Positions 15,787 to 25,739 of a stretch of 32,000 nucleotides of DNA are shown piece after piece. Under the pieces are notes generated by a model. The model saw only the letters and a program-made list of their open reading frames with translations. It did no database searches and was not told the origin of the DNA. How positions within the stretch are numbered: position 1 is the first letter of the stretch; every line of letters starts with the position of its first letter. The DNA is taken from positions 810,001-842,000 of the forward strand of contig NC_000964.3 in assembly GCF_000009045.1 (NCBI RefSeq), in the 5' to 3' direction. The DNA is from Bacillus subtilis subsp. subtilis str. 168. Lineage in GTDB: Bacteria > Bacillota > Bacilli > Bacillales > Bacillaceae. Both the position numbers and the translations under genes were made by a program.

Positions 15787-16734
15787 CTATTTATTATACA
15801 CTTTTTTAAGCACATCTTTGGCGCTTGTTTCACTAGACTTGATGCCTCTGAATCTTGTCCAAGTGTCACGGTCCGCATCATAGACTTGTCCATTTTTCAC
15901 CGCTTTGAGATTTTTCCAGAGCGGGTTCGTTTTCCACTCATCTACAATGGTTTTGCCTTCGTTGGCTGAGATGAACAAAATATCAGGATCGATTTTGCTC
16001 AATTGCTCAAGGCTGACCTCTTGATAGGCGTTATCTGACTTCACAGCGTGTGTAAAGCCTAGCATTTTAAAGATTTCTCCGTCATAGGATGATGATGTAT
16101 GAAGCTGGAAGGAATCCGCTCTTGCAACGCCGAGAACGATGTTGCGGTTTTCATCTTTCGGAAGTTCGGCTTTTAGATCGTTGATGACTTTTTTGTGCTC
16201 GGCAAGCTTTTCTTTTCCTTCATCTTCTTTATTTAATGCTTTAGCAATGGTCGTAAAGCTGTCGATCGTTTCGTCATATGTCGCTTCACGGCTTTTTAAT
16301 TCAATCGTCGGGGCGATTTTTTTCAGCTGTTTATAAATGTTTTTATGGCGCTCAGCGTCAGCGATGATTAAATCAGGCTTCAAGGAACTGATGACCTCAA
16401 GATTGGGTTCGCTGCGTGTGCCTACAGATGTGTAATCAATGGAGCTGCCGACAAGCTTTTTAATCATATCTTTTTTGTTGTCATCTGCGATGCCCACCGG
16501 CGTAATGCCGAGATTGTGAACGGCATCCAAGAATGAAAGCTCAAGCACAACCACCCGCTTAGGTGTGCCGCTTACTGTCGTTTTTCCTTCTTCGTCATGG
16601 ATCACTCTGGAATCCTTAGACTCGCTTTTGCCGCTTCCGTTGTTATTCTGGCTTGATGAACAGCCGGATACAATGAGGCAGGCGAGCAATAAAACACTCA
16701 TGATGGCAATCAACTTGTTAGAATAGGTGCGCAT
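15787..16734 (-). CDS. yfmC: Iron-citrate binding lipoprotein of the ABC transporter
   Basis: Start at MRTYSNK with SD aaggaag. Lipobox IVSGC. Class III periplasmic-binding-protein-like sequence, 315 aa. Confidence 0.9.
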   Translation of the reverse strand: MRTYSNKLIAIMSVLLLACLIVSGCSSSQNNNGSGKSESKDSRVIHDEEGKTTVSGTPKRVVVLELSFLDAVHNLGITPVGIADDNKKDMIKKLVGSSIDYTSVGTRSEPNLEVISSLKPDLIIADAERHKNIYKQLKKIAPTIELKSREATYDETIDSFTTIAKALNKEDEGKEKLAEHKKVINDLKAELPKDENRNIVLGVARADSFQLHTSSSYDGEIFKMLGFTHAVKSDNAYQEVSLEQLSKIDPDILFISANEGKTIVDEWKTNPLWKNLKAVKNGQVYDADRDTWTRFRGIKSSETSAKDVLKKVYNK

Positions 16735-16763
16735 GTCATTCTTCCTTTTTTCAGATTTAGTAA

Positions 16764-16778
16764 TGAGAATCATTATCA
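16764..16778. promoter_or_regulatory. Fur box (7-1-7) overlapping the yfmC promoter
   Basis: TGAGAAT-C-ATTATCA compared with the consensus TGATAAT-N-ATTATCA, one mismatch. It lies just downstream of the -10 box. Confidence 0.85.
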
Positions 16779-16786
16779 CATGTAAC

Positions 16787-16814
16787 ACTATAATAGCATG
16801 GCTTATCATGTCAA
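16787..16814 (-). promoter_or_regulatory. Sigma-A promoter of yfmCDEF
   Basis: Minus strand: TTGACA (16809-16814), a 16-nt spacer, then TATAGT (16787-16792). Confidence 0.7.
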
Positions 16815-16842
16815 TATTTTTTTAGTAAAGAAAGCTGCGTTT

Positions 16843-17344
<502 letters not shown>

Positions 17345-17392
17345 ATAGCTACTACCATTCCTCCTGTTTTTCTCTTCAATGTTCTGGAATCT

Positions 17393-17417
17393 GTTTCAGG
17401 TACAGACGATCGGGTAT
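17393..17417 (+). promoter_or_regulatory. SigB-type promoter of yflT
   Basis: GTTTCA, a 13-nt spacer, then GGGTAT. This matches the SigB consensus GTTTAA-N12-15-GGGTAT. Confidence 0.8.
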
Positions 17418-17454
17418 GAAAGAAATATAGAAAACATGAAGGAGGAATATCGAC

Positions 17455-17802
17455 ATGAAACCAGTTGTAAAAGAGTATACAAATGACGAACAGCTCATGA
17501 AAGATGTAGAGGAATTGCAGAAAATGGGTGTTGCGAAAGAGGATGTATACGTCTTAGCTCACGACGATGACAGAACGGAACGCCTGGCTGACAACACGAA
17601 CGCCAACACGATCGGAGCCAAAGAAACAGGTTTCAAGCACGCGGTGGGAAATATCTTCAATAAAAAAGGAGACGAGCTCCGCAATAAAATTCACGAAATC
17701 GGTTTTTCTGAAGATGAAGCCGCTCAATTTGAAAAACGCTTAGATGAAGGAAAAGTGCTTCTCTTTGTGACAGATAACGAAAAAGTGAAAGCTTGGGCAT
17801 AA
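17455..17802 (+). CDS. yflT: General stress protein (GSP17M type)
   Basis: 115-aa ORF with SD gaaggagga, downstream of a SigB promoter. Confidence 0.88.
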   Translation: MKPVVKEYTNDEQLMKDVEELQKMGVAKEDVYVLAHDDDRTERLADNTNANTIGAKETGFKHAVGNIFNKKGDELRNKIHEIGFSEDEAAQFEKRLDEGKVLLFVTDNEKVKAWA

Positions 17803-17810
17803 AGCAAGGA

Positions 17811-17848
17811 AAAAACCAAAAGGCCAATGTCGGCCTTTTGGTTTTTTT
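17811..17848 (+). terminator. Terminator after yflT
   Basis: Stem ccaaaaggcc / ggccttttgg flanked by an A5 run and a T7 run. Confidence 0.9.
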
Positions 17849-17992
17849 GCGGTCTTTGCGGTGGGATTTTGCAGAATGCCGCAATAGGATAGCGGAACAT
17901 TTTCGGTTCTGAATGTCCCTCAATTTGCTATTATATTTTTGTGATAAATTGGAATAAAATCTCACAAAATAGAAAATGGGGGTACATAGTGG

Positions 17993-19255
17993 ATGAAAAA
18001 AGTGATGTTAGCTACGGCTTTGTTTTTAGGATTGACTCCAGCTGGCGCGAACGCAGCTGATTTAGGCCACCAGACGTTGGGATCCAATGATGGCTGGGGC
18101 GCGTACTCGACCGGCACGACAGGCGGATCAAAAGCATCCTCCTCAAATGTGTATACCGTCAGCAACAGAAACCAGCTTGTCTCGGCATTAGGGAAGGAAA
18201 CGAACACAACGCCAAAAATCATTTATATCAAGGGAACGATTGACATGAACGTGGATGACAATCTGAAGCCGCTTGGCCTAAATGACTATAAAGATCCGGA
18301 GTATGATTTGGACAAATATTTGAAAGCCTATGATCCTAGCACATGGGGCAAAAAAGAGCCGTCGGGAACACAAGAAGAAGCGAGAGCACGCTCTCAGAAA
18401 AACCAAAAAGCACGGGTCATGGTGGATATCCCTGCAAACACGACGATCGTCGGTTCAGGGACTAACGCTAAAGTCGTGGGAGGAAACTTCCAAATCAAGA
18501 GTGATAACGTCATTATTCGCAACATTGAATTCCAGGATGCCTATGACTATTTTCCGCAATGGGATCCGACTGACGGAAGCTCAGGGAACTGGAACTCACA
18601 ATACGACAACATCACGATAAACGGCGGCACACACATCTGGATTGATCACTGTACATTTAATGACGGTTCGCGTCCGGACAGCACATCACCGAAATATTAT
18701 GGAAGAAAATATCAGCACCATGACGGCCAAACGGATGCTTCCAACGGTGCTAACTATATCACGATGTCCTACAACTATTATCACGATCATGATAAAAGCT
18801 CCATTTTCGGATCAAGTGACAGCAAAACCTCCGATGACGGCAAATTAAAAATTACGCTGCATCATAACCGCTATAAAAATATTGTCCAGCGCGCGCCGAG
18901 AGTCCGCTTCGGGCAAGTGCACGTATACAACAACTATTATGAAGGAAGCACAAGCTCTTCAAGTTATCCTTTTAGCTATGCATGGGGAATCGGAAAGTCA
19001 TCTAAAATCTATGCCCAAAACAATGTCATTGACGTACCGGGACTGTCAGCTGCTAAAACGATCAGCGTATTCAGCGGGGGAACGGCTTTATATGACTCCG
19101 GCACGTTGCTGAACGGCACACAGATCAACGCATCGGCTGCAAACGGGCTGAGCTCTTCTGTCGGCTGGACGCCGTCTCTGCATGGATCGATTGATGCTTC
19201 TGCTAATGTGAAATCAAATGTTATAAATCAAGCGGGTGCGGGTAAATTAAATTAA
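17993..19255 (+). CDS. pel: Secreted pectate lyase (PL1 family)
   Basis: Signal peptide MKKVMLATALFLGLTPAGANA/AD. Pectate lyase C-type beta-helix motifs (WIDHCTF, RAPRVRFG). 420 aa. Confidence 0.93.
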   Translation: MKKVMLATALFLGLTPAGANAADLGHQTLGSNDGWGAYSTGTTGGSKASSSNVYTVSNRNQLVSALGKETNTTPKIIYIKGTIDMNVDDNLKPLGLNDYKDPEYDLDKYLKAYDPSTWGKKEPSGTQEEARARSQKNQKARVMVDIPANTTIVGSGTNAKVVGGNFQIKSDNVIIRNIEFQDAYDYFPQWDPTDGSSGNWNSQYDNITINGGTHIWIDHCTFNDGSRPDSTSPKYYGRKYQHHDGQTDASNGANYITMSYNYYHDHDKSSIFGSSDSKTSDDGKLKITLHHNRYKNIVQRAPRVRFGQVHVYNNYYEGSTSSSSYPFSYAWGIGKSSKIYAQNNVIDVPGLSAAKTISVFSGGTALYDSGTLLNGTQINASAANGLSSSVGWTPSLHGSIDASANVKSNVINQAGAGKLN

Positions 19256-19262
19256 GAAAGTG

Positions 19263-19296
19263 AAAAACACAAAGGGTGCTAACCTTTGTGTTTTTT
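19263..19296 (+). terminator. Terminator after pel
   Basis: Stem cacaaagg / cctttgtg followed by a T6 run. Confidence 0.85.
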
Positions 19297-19381
19297 AATT
19301 AATTAAAATGTTTATTAACTTAGTTAAGGAGTAGAATGGAAAAGGGGATCGGAAAACAAGTATATAGGAGGAGACCTATTT

Positions 19382-20818
19382 ATGGCTTCAGAAAAAGACG
19401 CAGGAAAACAGTCAGCAGTAAAGCTTGTTCCATTGCTTATTACTGTCGCTGTGGGACTAATCATCTGGTTTATTCCCGCTCCGTCCGGACTTGAACCTAA
19501 AGCTTGGCATTTGTTTGCGATTTTTGTCGCAACAATTATCGGCTTTATCTCCAAGCCCTTGCCAATGGGTGCAATTGCAATTTTTGCATTGGCGGTTACT
19601 GCACTAACTGGAACACTATCAATTGAGGATACATTAAGCGGATTCGGGAATAAGACCATTTGGCTTATCGTTATCGCATTCTTTATTTCCCGGGGATTTA
19701 TCAAAACCGGTCTCGGTGCGAGAATTTCGTATGTATTCGTTCAGAAATTCGGAAAAAAAACCCTTGGACTTTCTTATTCACTGCTATTCAGTGATTTAAT
19801 ACTTTCACCTGCTATTCCAAGTAATACGGCGCGTGCAGGAGGCATTATATTTCCTATTATCAGATCATTATCCGAAACATTCGGATCAAGCCCGGCAAAT
19901 GGAACAGAGAGAAAAATCGGTGCATTCTTATTAAAAACCGGTTTTCAGGGGAATCTGATCACATCTGCTATGTTCCTGACAGCGATGGCGGCGAACCCGC
20001 TGATTGCCAAGCTGGCCCATGATGTCGCAGGGGTGGACTTAACATGGACAAGCTGGGCAATTGCCGCGATTGTACCGGGACTTGTAAGCTTAATCATCAC
20101 GCCGCTTGTGATTTACAAACTGTATCCGCCGGAAATCAAAGAAACACCGGATGCGGCGAAAATCGCAACAGAAAAACTGAAAGAAATGGGACCGTTCAAA
20201 AAATCGGAGCTTTCCATGGTTATCGTGTTTCTTTTGGTGCTTGTGCTGTGGATTTTTGGCGGCAGCTTCAACATCGACGCTACCACAACCGCATTGATCG
20301 GTTTGGCCGTTCTCTTATTATCACAAGTTCTGACTTGGGATGATATCAAGAAAGAACAGGGCGCTTGGGATACGCTCACTTGGTTTGCGGCGCTTGTCAT
20401 GCTCGCCAACTTCTTGAATGAATTAGGCATGGTGTCTTGGTTCAGTAATGCCATGAAATCATCCGTATCAGGGTTCTCTTGGATTGTGGCATTCATCATT
20501 TTAATTGTTGTGTATTATTACTCTCACTATTTCTTTGCAAGTGCGACAGCCCACATCAGTGCGATGTATTCAGCATTTTTGGCTGTCGTCGTGGCAGCGG
20601 GCGCACCGCCGCTTTTAGCAGCGCTGAGCCTCGCGTTCATCAGCAACCTGTTCGGGTCAACGACTCACTACGGTTCTGGAGCGGCTCCGGTCTTCTTCGG
20701 AGCAGGCTACATCCCGCAAGGCAAATGGTGGTCCATCGGATTTATCCTGTCGATTGTTCATATCATCGTATGGCTTGTGATCGGCGGATTATGGTGGAAA
20801 GTACTAGGAATATGGTAG
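19382..20818 (+). CDS. yflS: DASS-family 2-oxoglutarate/malate-type anion transporter
   Basis: 478-aa polytopic ORF with SD aggagga and conserved SNTARAGG / STTHYGSGAAP hairpin motifs. Confidence 0.9.
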   Translation: MASEKDAGKQSAVKLVPLLITVAVGLIIWFIPAPSGLEPKAWHLFAIFVATIIGFISKPLPMGAIAIFALAVTALTGTLSIEDTLSGFGNKTIWLIVIAFFISRGFIKTGLGARISYVFVQKFGKKTLGLSYSLLFSDLILSPAIPSNTARAGGIIFPIIRSLSETFGSSPANGTERKIGAFLLKTGFQGNLITSAMFLTAMAANPLIAKLAHDVAGVDLTWTSWAIAAIVPGLVSLIITPLVIYKLYPPEIKETPDAAKIATEKLKEMGPFKKSELSMVIVFLLVLVLWIFGGSFNIDATTTALIGLAVLLLSQVLTWDDIKKEQGAWDTLTWFAALVMLANFLNELGMVSWFSNAMKSSVSGFSWIVAFIILIVVYYYSHYFFASATAHISAMYSAFLAVVVAAGAPPLLAALSLAFISNLFGSTTHYGSGAAPVFFGAGYIPQGKWWSIGFILSIVHIIVWLVIGGLWWKVLGIW

Positions 20819-20822
20819 AAAG

Positions 20823-20851
20823 AAAAAGGCAGACGCGGTCTGCCTTTTTTT
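20823..20851 (+). terminator. Terminator after yflS
   Basis: Stem ggcagac / gtctgcc followed by a T7 run. Confidence 0.85.
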
Positions 20852-20944
20852 ATTTTCACTCCTTCGTAAGAAAATGGATTTTGAAAAATGAGAAAATTCC
20901 CTGTGAAAAATGGTATGATCTAGGTAGAAAGGACGGCTGGTGCT

Positions 20945-22573
20945 GTGGTGAAAAAGCGGTTCCATTTTTCCCTGCAAACAAAAATAATGGGGCTGATTGC
21001 GGCTCTGCTGGTCTTTGTCATTGGTGTGCTGACCATTACGTTAGCCGTTCAGCATACACAGGGAGAACGGAGACAGGCAGAGCAGCTGGCGGTTCAAACG
21101 GCGAGAACCATTTCCTATATGCCGCCGGTTAAAGAGCTCATTGAGAGAAAAGACGGACATGCGGCTCAGACGCAAGAGGTCATTGAACAAATGAAAGAAC
21201 AGACTGGTGCGTTTGCCATTTATGTTTTGAACGAAAAAGGAGACATTCGCAGCGCCTCTGGAAAAAGCGGATTAAAGAAACTGGAGCGCAGCAGAGAAAT
21301 TTTGTTTGGCGGTTCGCATGTTTCTGAAACAAAAGCGGATGGACGAAGAGTGATCAGAGGGAGCGCGCCGATTATAAAAGAACAGAAGGGATACAGCCAA
21401 GTGATCGGCAGCGTGTCTGTTGATTTTCTGCAAACGGAGACAGAGCAAAGCATCAAAAAGCATTTGAGAAATTTGAGTGTGATTGCTGTGCTTGTACTGC
21501 TGCTCGGATTTATTGGCGCCGCCGTGCTGGCGAAAAGCATCAGAAAGGATACGCTCGGGCTTGAACCGCATGAGATCGCGGCTCTATATCGTGAGAGGAA
21601 CGCAATGCTTTTCGCGATTCGAGAAGGGATTATTGCCACCAATCGTGAAGGCGTCGTCACCATGATGAACGTATCGGCGGCCGAGATGCTGAAGCTGCCC
21701 GAGCCTGTGATCCATCTTCCTATAGATGACGTCATGCCGGGAGCAGGGCTGATGTCTGTGCTTGAAAAAGGAGAAATGCTGCCGAACCAGGAAGTAAGCG
21801 TCAACGATCAAGTGTTTATTATCAATACGAAAGTGATGAATCAAGGCGGGCAGGCGTATGGGATTGTCGTCAGCTTCAGGGAGAAAACAGAGCTGAAGAA
21901 GCTGATCGACACATTGACAGAGGTTCGCAAATATTCAGAGGATCTCAGGGCGCAGACTCATGAATTTTCAAATAAGCTTTATGCGATTTTAGGGCTGCTT
22001 GAGCTTGGGGAGTATGATGAAGCCATTGATCTGATTAAAGAGGAATATGCGATACAAAATGAACAGCATGATCTTTTATTCCATAACATCCATTCGCAGC
22101 AGGTGCAGGCCATTTTGTTAGGGAAAATAAGCAAGGCATCGGAAAAGAAGGTCAAGCTGGTGATTGATGAGAACAGCTCACTCGCGCCTCTTCCTGCGCA
22201 TATCGGCTTGTCCCATCTTATTACGATTATTGGCAATTTAATTGATAACGCTTTCGAAGCTGTAGCGGAGCAAAGCGTGAAGGAAGTTTTGTTTTTTATC
22301 ACGGATATGGGCCATGACATTGTCATTGAAGTATCAGACACAGGGCCCGGTGTGCCGCCAGAGAAAATAGAAGCTGTGTTTGAGAGAGGCTATTCTTCAA
22401 AGGGGATGAGGAGAGGCTACGGTCTGGCCAATGTGAAAGACTCAGTGCGTGAACTGGGCGGCTGGATCGAACTGGCGAATCAAAAAACTGGCGGGGCGGT
22501 ATTCACTGTATTTATACCGAAGGAGAAACAAAGGGGGAATCCATTTGATTCACATCGCGATTGCGGAGGATGA
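20945..22573 (+). CDS. citS: Citrate-sensing histidine kinase (CitA/DcuS family)
   Basis: Two TM segments flank an extracytoplasmic domain. These are followed by a PAS domain, an H-box (EFSNKLYAILGLLE) and an ATPase domain (GNLIDNAFEA, DTGPGV, GYGL). GTG start, 542 aa. Confidence 0.9.
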   Translation: MVKKRFHFSLQTKIMGLIAALLVFVIGVLTITLAVQHTQGERRQAEQLAVQTARTISYMPPVKELIERKDGHAAQTQEVIEQMKEQTGAFAIYVLNEKGDIRSASGKSGLKKLERSREILFGGSHVSETKADGRRVIRGSAPIIKEQKGYSQVIGSVSVDFLQTETEQSIKKHLRNLSVIAVLVLLLGFIGAAVLAKSIRKDTLGLEPHEIAALYRERNAMLFAIREGIIATNREGVVTMMNVSAAEMLKLPEPVIHLPIDDVMPGAGLMSVLEKGEMLPNQEVSVNDQVFIINTKVMNQGGQAYGIVVSFREKTELKKLIDTLTEVRKYSEDLRAQTHEFSNKLYAILGLLELGEYDEAIDLIKEEYAIQNEQHDLLFHNIHSQQVQAILLGKISKASEKKVKLVIDENSSLAPLPAHIGLSHLITIIGNLIDNAFEAVAEQSVKEVLFFITDMGHDIVIEVSDTGPGVPPEKIEAVFERGYSSKGMRRGYGLANVKDSVRELGGWIELANQKTGGAVFTVFIPKEKQRGNPFDSHRDCGG

Positions 22574-23225
22574 TTTTCGAGTTGCGCAAATCCATGAGAG
22601 ATTGATTAAACAGCTTGATGGATTCAAGATTATCGGCAAGGCGGCTAACGCAAAAGAGACATTGGCGCTTTTGAAGGAACACAAGGCTGATTTGCTTCTG
22701 CTGGATATTTATATGCCGGACGAGCTTGGGACCGCGTTGATTCCTGATATACGAAGCCGATTTCCTGAAGTGGACATTATGATTATCACAGCGGCAACAG
22801 AAACCCGTCATTTGCAGGAAGCGCTAAGGGCGGGAATTGCCCACTATTTGATCAAACCCGTAACAGCTGACAAGTTCAGGCAGGTGCTGCTTCAGTATAA
22901 AGAAAAAAGGAAGCTGCTCATGTCTCAGCCGGAGGTCAGCCAATCCATGATCGACCATATTTTTGGGAACGGTGTGAAGACAGCTTTGCCGGCAGAGGAT
23001 TTGCCGACTGGCATTAATTCGATTACACTGCGAAAAATTAAGGAAGCGCTTCAGACTGCGTCAGAAGGATTGACAGCGGAGGAACTTGGGGAAAAAATGG
23101 GGGCGTCACGAACAACTGCCCGCCGTTATGCCGAGTACCTTGTGTCAAAGGAAGAAGCAAGAGCCGAGCTTGAATACGGGATTATCGGCAGGCCGGAGAG
23201 AAAATATTATTTGGCGGCGGATTAG
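22545..23225 (+). CDS. citT: Response regulator (CitB/DcuR family)
   Basis: Receiver domain (IAEDD...[10 protein letters not shown]...K). The TTG start at 22545 lies 6 nt after AAGGGGGA and overlaps the citS 3' end by 29 nt. 226 aa. Confidence 0.88.
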
Positions 23226-23227
23226 AT

Positions 23228-24187
23228 ATGAAAAAATCTATAATCCTATTGAATATTCTATTGATCTTTATGCAGGGTGATATCAGGCAGGCGGCTGCGC
23301 CGCGCCTGCCGGACGGGCCGATAGAAATTGTCGTCCCTGCCGAACCTTCTGGCGGCTGGGATGTCACAGCGCAGGCGATCCAATCAGTTTTGAGGCAGAA
23401 GCAGATCGTGAAGGATGATGTTCATATCGTCTATAAATCCGGCGGCGGGGGAGAGAAAGGCTGGAAATATGTCAACAAAAGCAGCAAACAAACCATCAGC
23501 ATGACGTCCAGCCTAATATTGAGCAATGATCTTCTCGGGCAAAGCAAATTAAAAATGTCCGATTTTACGCCGCTCGCCATTCTCTCCAAGGAATGGCAGA
23601 CGGTTGCATTGCCAAAAGGATCAGCGTTAACAAATGGCAAGGATGTGCTGAATGAGATCAACATGCATCCCGGCAAGGTGAGAATCGGCTTTGCCCCGGG
23701 GTTTGGCAATGATGATCAGCTCTCGTTCGTCAGAGCGGCAGATATGTACGGCATTGACCCGTTTGACATTCAATTCTCACAGTATGACAGCAGCGAACAG
23801 CTCATTCAGGCGCTGATCAGACATGAGATAGAAGCGGCTTCCATGACACTTTCTGAAGCGAAACCATATGAACGAAACGGCGATATCACGTTAGCCGCTG
23901 TAACGTCTGATAAAAGACTTCCCGGTTTTCCAAATGTACCGACGTGGAAGGAGCAGGGAATCCCGTTTGTTTTTTCTCATTGGAGAGGGATTTTGGGCCC
24001 GAAAAATATGTCTGAGGAAGAGATTTCTTACTGGGATCAAGCGCTAAAGAAGGTCACCTCCTCACCTGAATGGAAGCGGAAAATAAACGAACAGGACTGG
24101 GAAAGCTTTTATTTAAACAGCAGGGAAACGAAACGGTTTTTAGAAGAGCAATCTGCTTTTTATCAAAGCATCATGACAGGAAATTAA
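23228..24187 (+). CDS. yflP: TctC/Bug-family tricarboxylate-binding protein homologue (orphan)
   Basis: 319 aa with an N-terminal hydrophobic segment and no Cys lipobox. Bug-type motif [16 protein letters not shown]. The start is 2 nt after the citT stop. Confidence 0.85.
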
Positions 24188-24212
24188 AATCCCGACATCC
24201 CGGGATTTTTTT
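24186..24212 (+). terminator. Terminator after yflP
   Basis: Stem aatcccg / cgggatt followed by a T7 run. Confidence 0.8.
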
Positions 24213-24280
24213 CATGCCGAAAATTGATCAAAAAGAACAAAACGGTTTTAAAAAATTAAAAATACAAAAAAACCAAATTA

Positions 24281-24309
24281 TTTACTTGCGGTTGGTTTTC
24301 CCATACGAT
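24281..24309 (+). promoter_or_regulatory. Putative citM promoter
   Basis: TTTACT, a 17-nt spacer, then TACGAT, downstream of a very A/T-rich tract where CitT would be expected to bind. Confidence 0.35.
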
Positions 24310-24350
24310 GGCAAAAAGGCAAGACAAAAAGGGGAGTAAGGGAGAAAAAA

Positions 24351-24365
24351 ATGTAAGCGGATTCA
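24351..24365 (+). promoter_or_regulatory. Catabolite-responsive element (cre) in the citM leader
   Basis: ATGTAAGCGGATTCA matches the consensus WTGNAANCGNWNNCW at every defined position. Confidence 0.75.
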
Positions 24366-24382
24366 TTTAAGGGGGAATGGAT

Positions 24383-25684
24383 GTGTTAGCAATCTTAGGC
24401 TTTCTCATGATGCTTGTGTTTATGGCATTGATCATGACAAAACGGCTTTCTGTTTTAACAGCATTAGTTTTGACGCCGATTGTGTTTGCGCTTATCGCCG
24501 GATTTGGATTTACTGAAGTTGGGGACATGATGATTTCGGGGATTCAGCAAGTCGCGCCGACTGCGGTCATGATTATGTTTGCGATCTTATATTTTGGAAT
24601 TATGATTGATACAGGCCTGTTTGATCCAATGGTTGGCAAAATTTTAAGCATGGTCAAAGGAGACCCTTTAAAAATTGTTGTCGGGACAGCGGTTCTTACA
24701 ATGCTCGTCGCCTTGGACGGAGATGGCTCGACAACGTACATGATTACGACAAGCGCCATGCTTCCGCTCTATTTGCTGCTAGGCATCCGGCCAATTATCT
24801 TGGCAGGAATCGCGGGAGTCGGCATGGGAATCATGAACACGATTCCATGGGGAGGTGCGACGCCGAGGGCGGCGAGTGCGCTGGGGGTTGATCCAGCTGA
24901 GCTTACAGGGCCGATGATTCCTGTCATTGCAAGCGGGATGCTTTGTATGGTGGCAGTTGCGTATGTGCTTGGAAAAGCGGAACGAAAGCGCCTTGGTGTG
25001 ATTGAACTGAAACAGCCAGCCAATGCCAATGAACCGGCTGCTGCGGTTGAAGATGAGTGGAAGCGGCCGAAGCTTTGGTGGTTCAATTTATTGTTAACGC
25101 TTTCTTTAATAGGATGTTTAGTATCGGGTAAAGTCAGTTTAACCGTACTGTTTGTCATTGCGTTTTGTATTGCGCTGATTGTGAATTATCCCAATCTCGA
25201 GCATCAGAGACAGCGCATCGCGGCGCATTCCAGCAACGTGCTGGCTATCGGTTCAATGATTTTTGCTGCGGGGGTGTTCACGGGGATTTTGACAGGCACG
25301 AAAATGGTTGATGAAATGGCGATCTCGCTCGTGTCCATGATACCGGAACAAATGGGCGGATTGATCCCGGCGATTGTTGCCTTAACAAGCGGCATTTTCA
25401 CATTTTTGATGCCGAATGACGCGTATTTCTACGGGGTGCTGCCGATTTTATCAGAAACAGCTGTCGCATACGGTGTGGATAAAGTGGAAATTGCCAGAGC
25501 CTCTATTATCGGCCAGCCGATTCATATGCTGAGTCCGCTTGTGCCATCCACTCATTTGCTTGTCGGACTCGTCGGAGTTTCTATTGATGACCATCAAAAA
25601 TTCGCATTGAAATGGGCGGTTCTCGCAGTGATCGTCATGACGGCTATCGCTCTATTGATCGGTGCGATCTCTATTTCCGTATGA
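24383..25684 (+). CDS. citM: Mg2+-citrate:H+ symporter (CitMHS family)
   Basis: Polytopic ORF. The GTG at 24383 lies 6 nt after AAGGGGGA, giving 433 aa. The tracked ATG at 24377 has no spacer after the SD. Confidence 0.9.
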   Translation: MLAILGFLMMLVFMALIMTKRLSVLTALVLTPIVFALIAGFGFTEVGDMMISGIQQVAPTAVMIMFAILYFGIMIDTGLFDPMVGKILSMVKGDPLKIVVGTAVLTMLVALDGDGSTTYMITTSAMLPLYLLLGIRPIILAGIAGVGMGIMNTIPWGGATPRAASALGVDPAELTGPMIPVIASGMLCMVAVAYVLGKAERKRLGVIELKQPANANEPAAAVEDEWKRPKLWWFNLLLTLSLIGCLVSGKVSLTVLFVIAFCIALIVNYPNLEHQRQRIAAHSSNVLAIGSMIFAAGVFTGILTGTKMVDEMAISLVSMIPEQMGGLIPAIVALTSGIFTFLMPNDAYFYGVLPILSETAVAYGVDKVEIARASIIGQPIHMLSPLVPSTHLLVGLVGVSIDDHQKFALKWAVLAVIVMTAIALLIGAISISV

Positions 25685-25739
25685 TAATTCAGGCGTAATG
25701 ACACACACTAACGGCATACAACATTCCGGAGGTGTCATT

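Noticed and set aside
19336-19494. 52-codon ORF after TAAGGAG, overlapping the yflS start in another frame.
   Set aside because: The SD-to-ATG spacing is only 4 nt, the product is Arg/Cys-rich and non-protein-like, and it overlaps a well-supported start with its own AGGAGGA.
20479-21132. 217-aa plus-strand ORF spanning the yflS 3' end, its terminator and the citS 5' end.
   Set aside because: It crosses a strong terminator, is out of frame with two well-supported genes, and has Arg/Cys-rich, non-protein-like composition.
21220-21804. 194-aa antisense ORF inside citS. Similar antisense ORFs occur inside nosA (26587-27036), yfmE/yfmD (13810-15710) and citM.
   Set aside because: These are typical shadow ORFs opposite genuine genes. 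They have no SD, Ser/Pro/Ala-rich low-complexity products and no independent signals.
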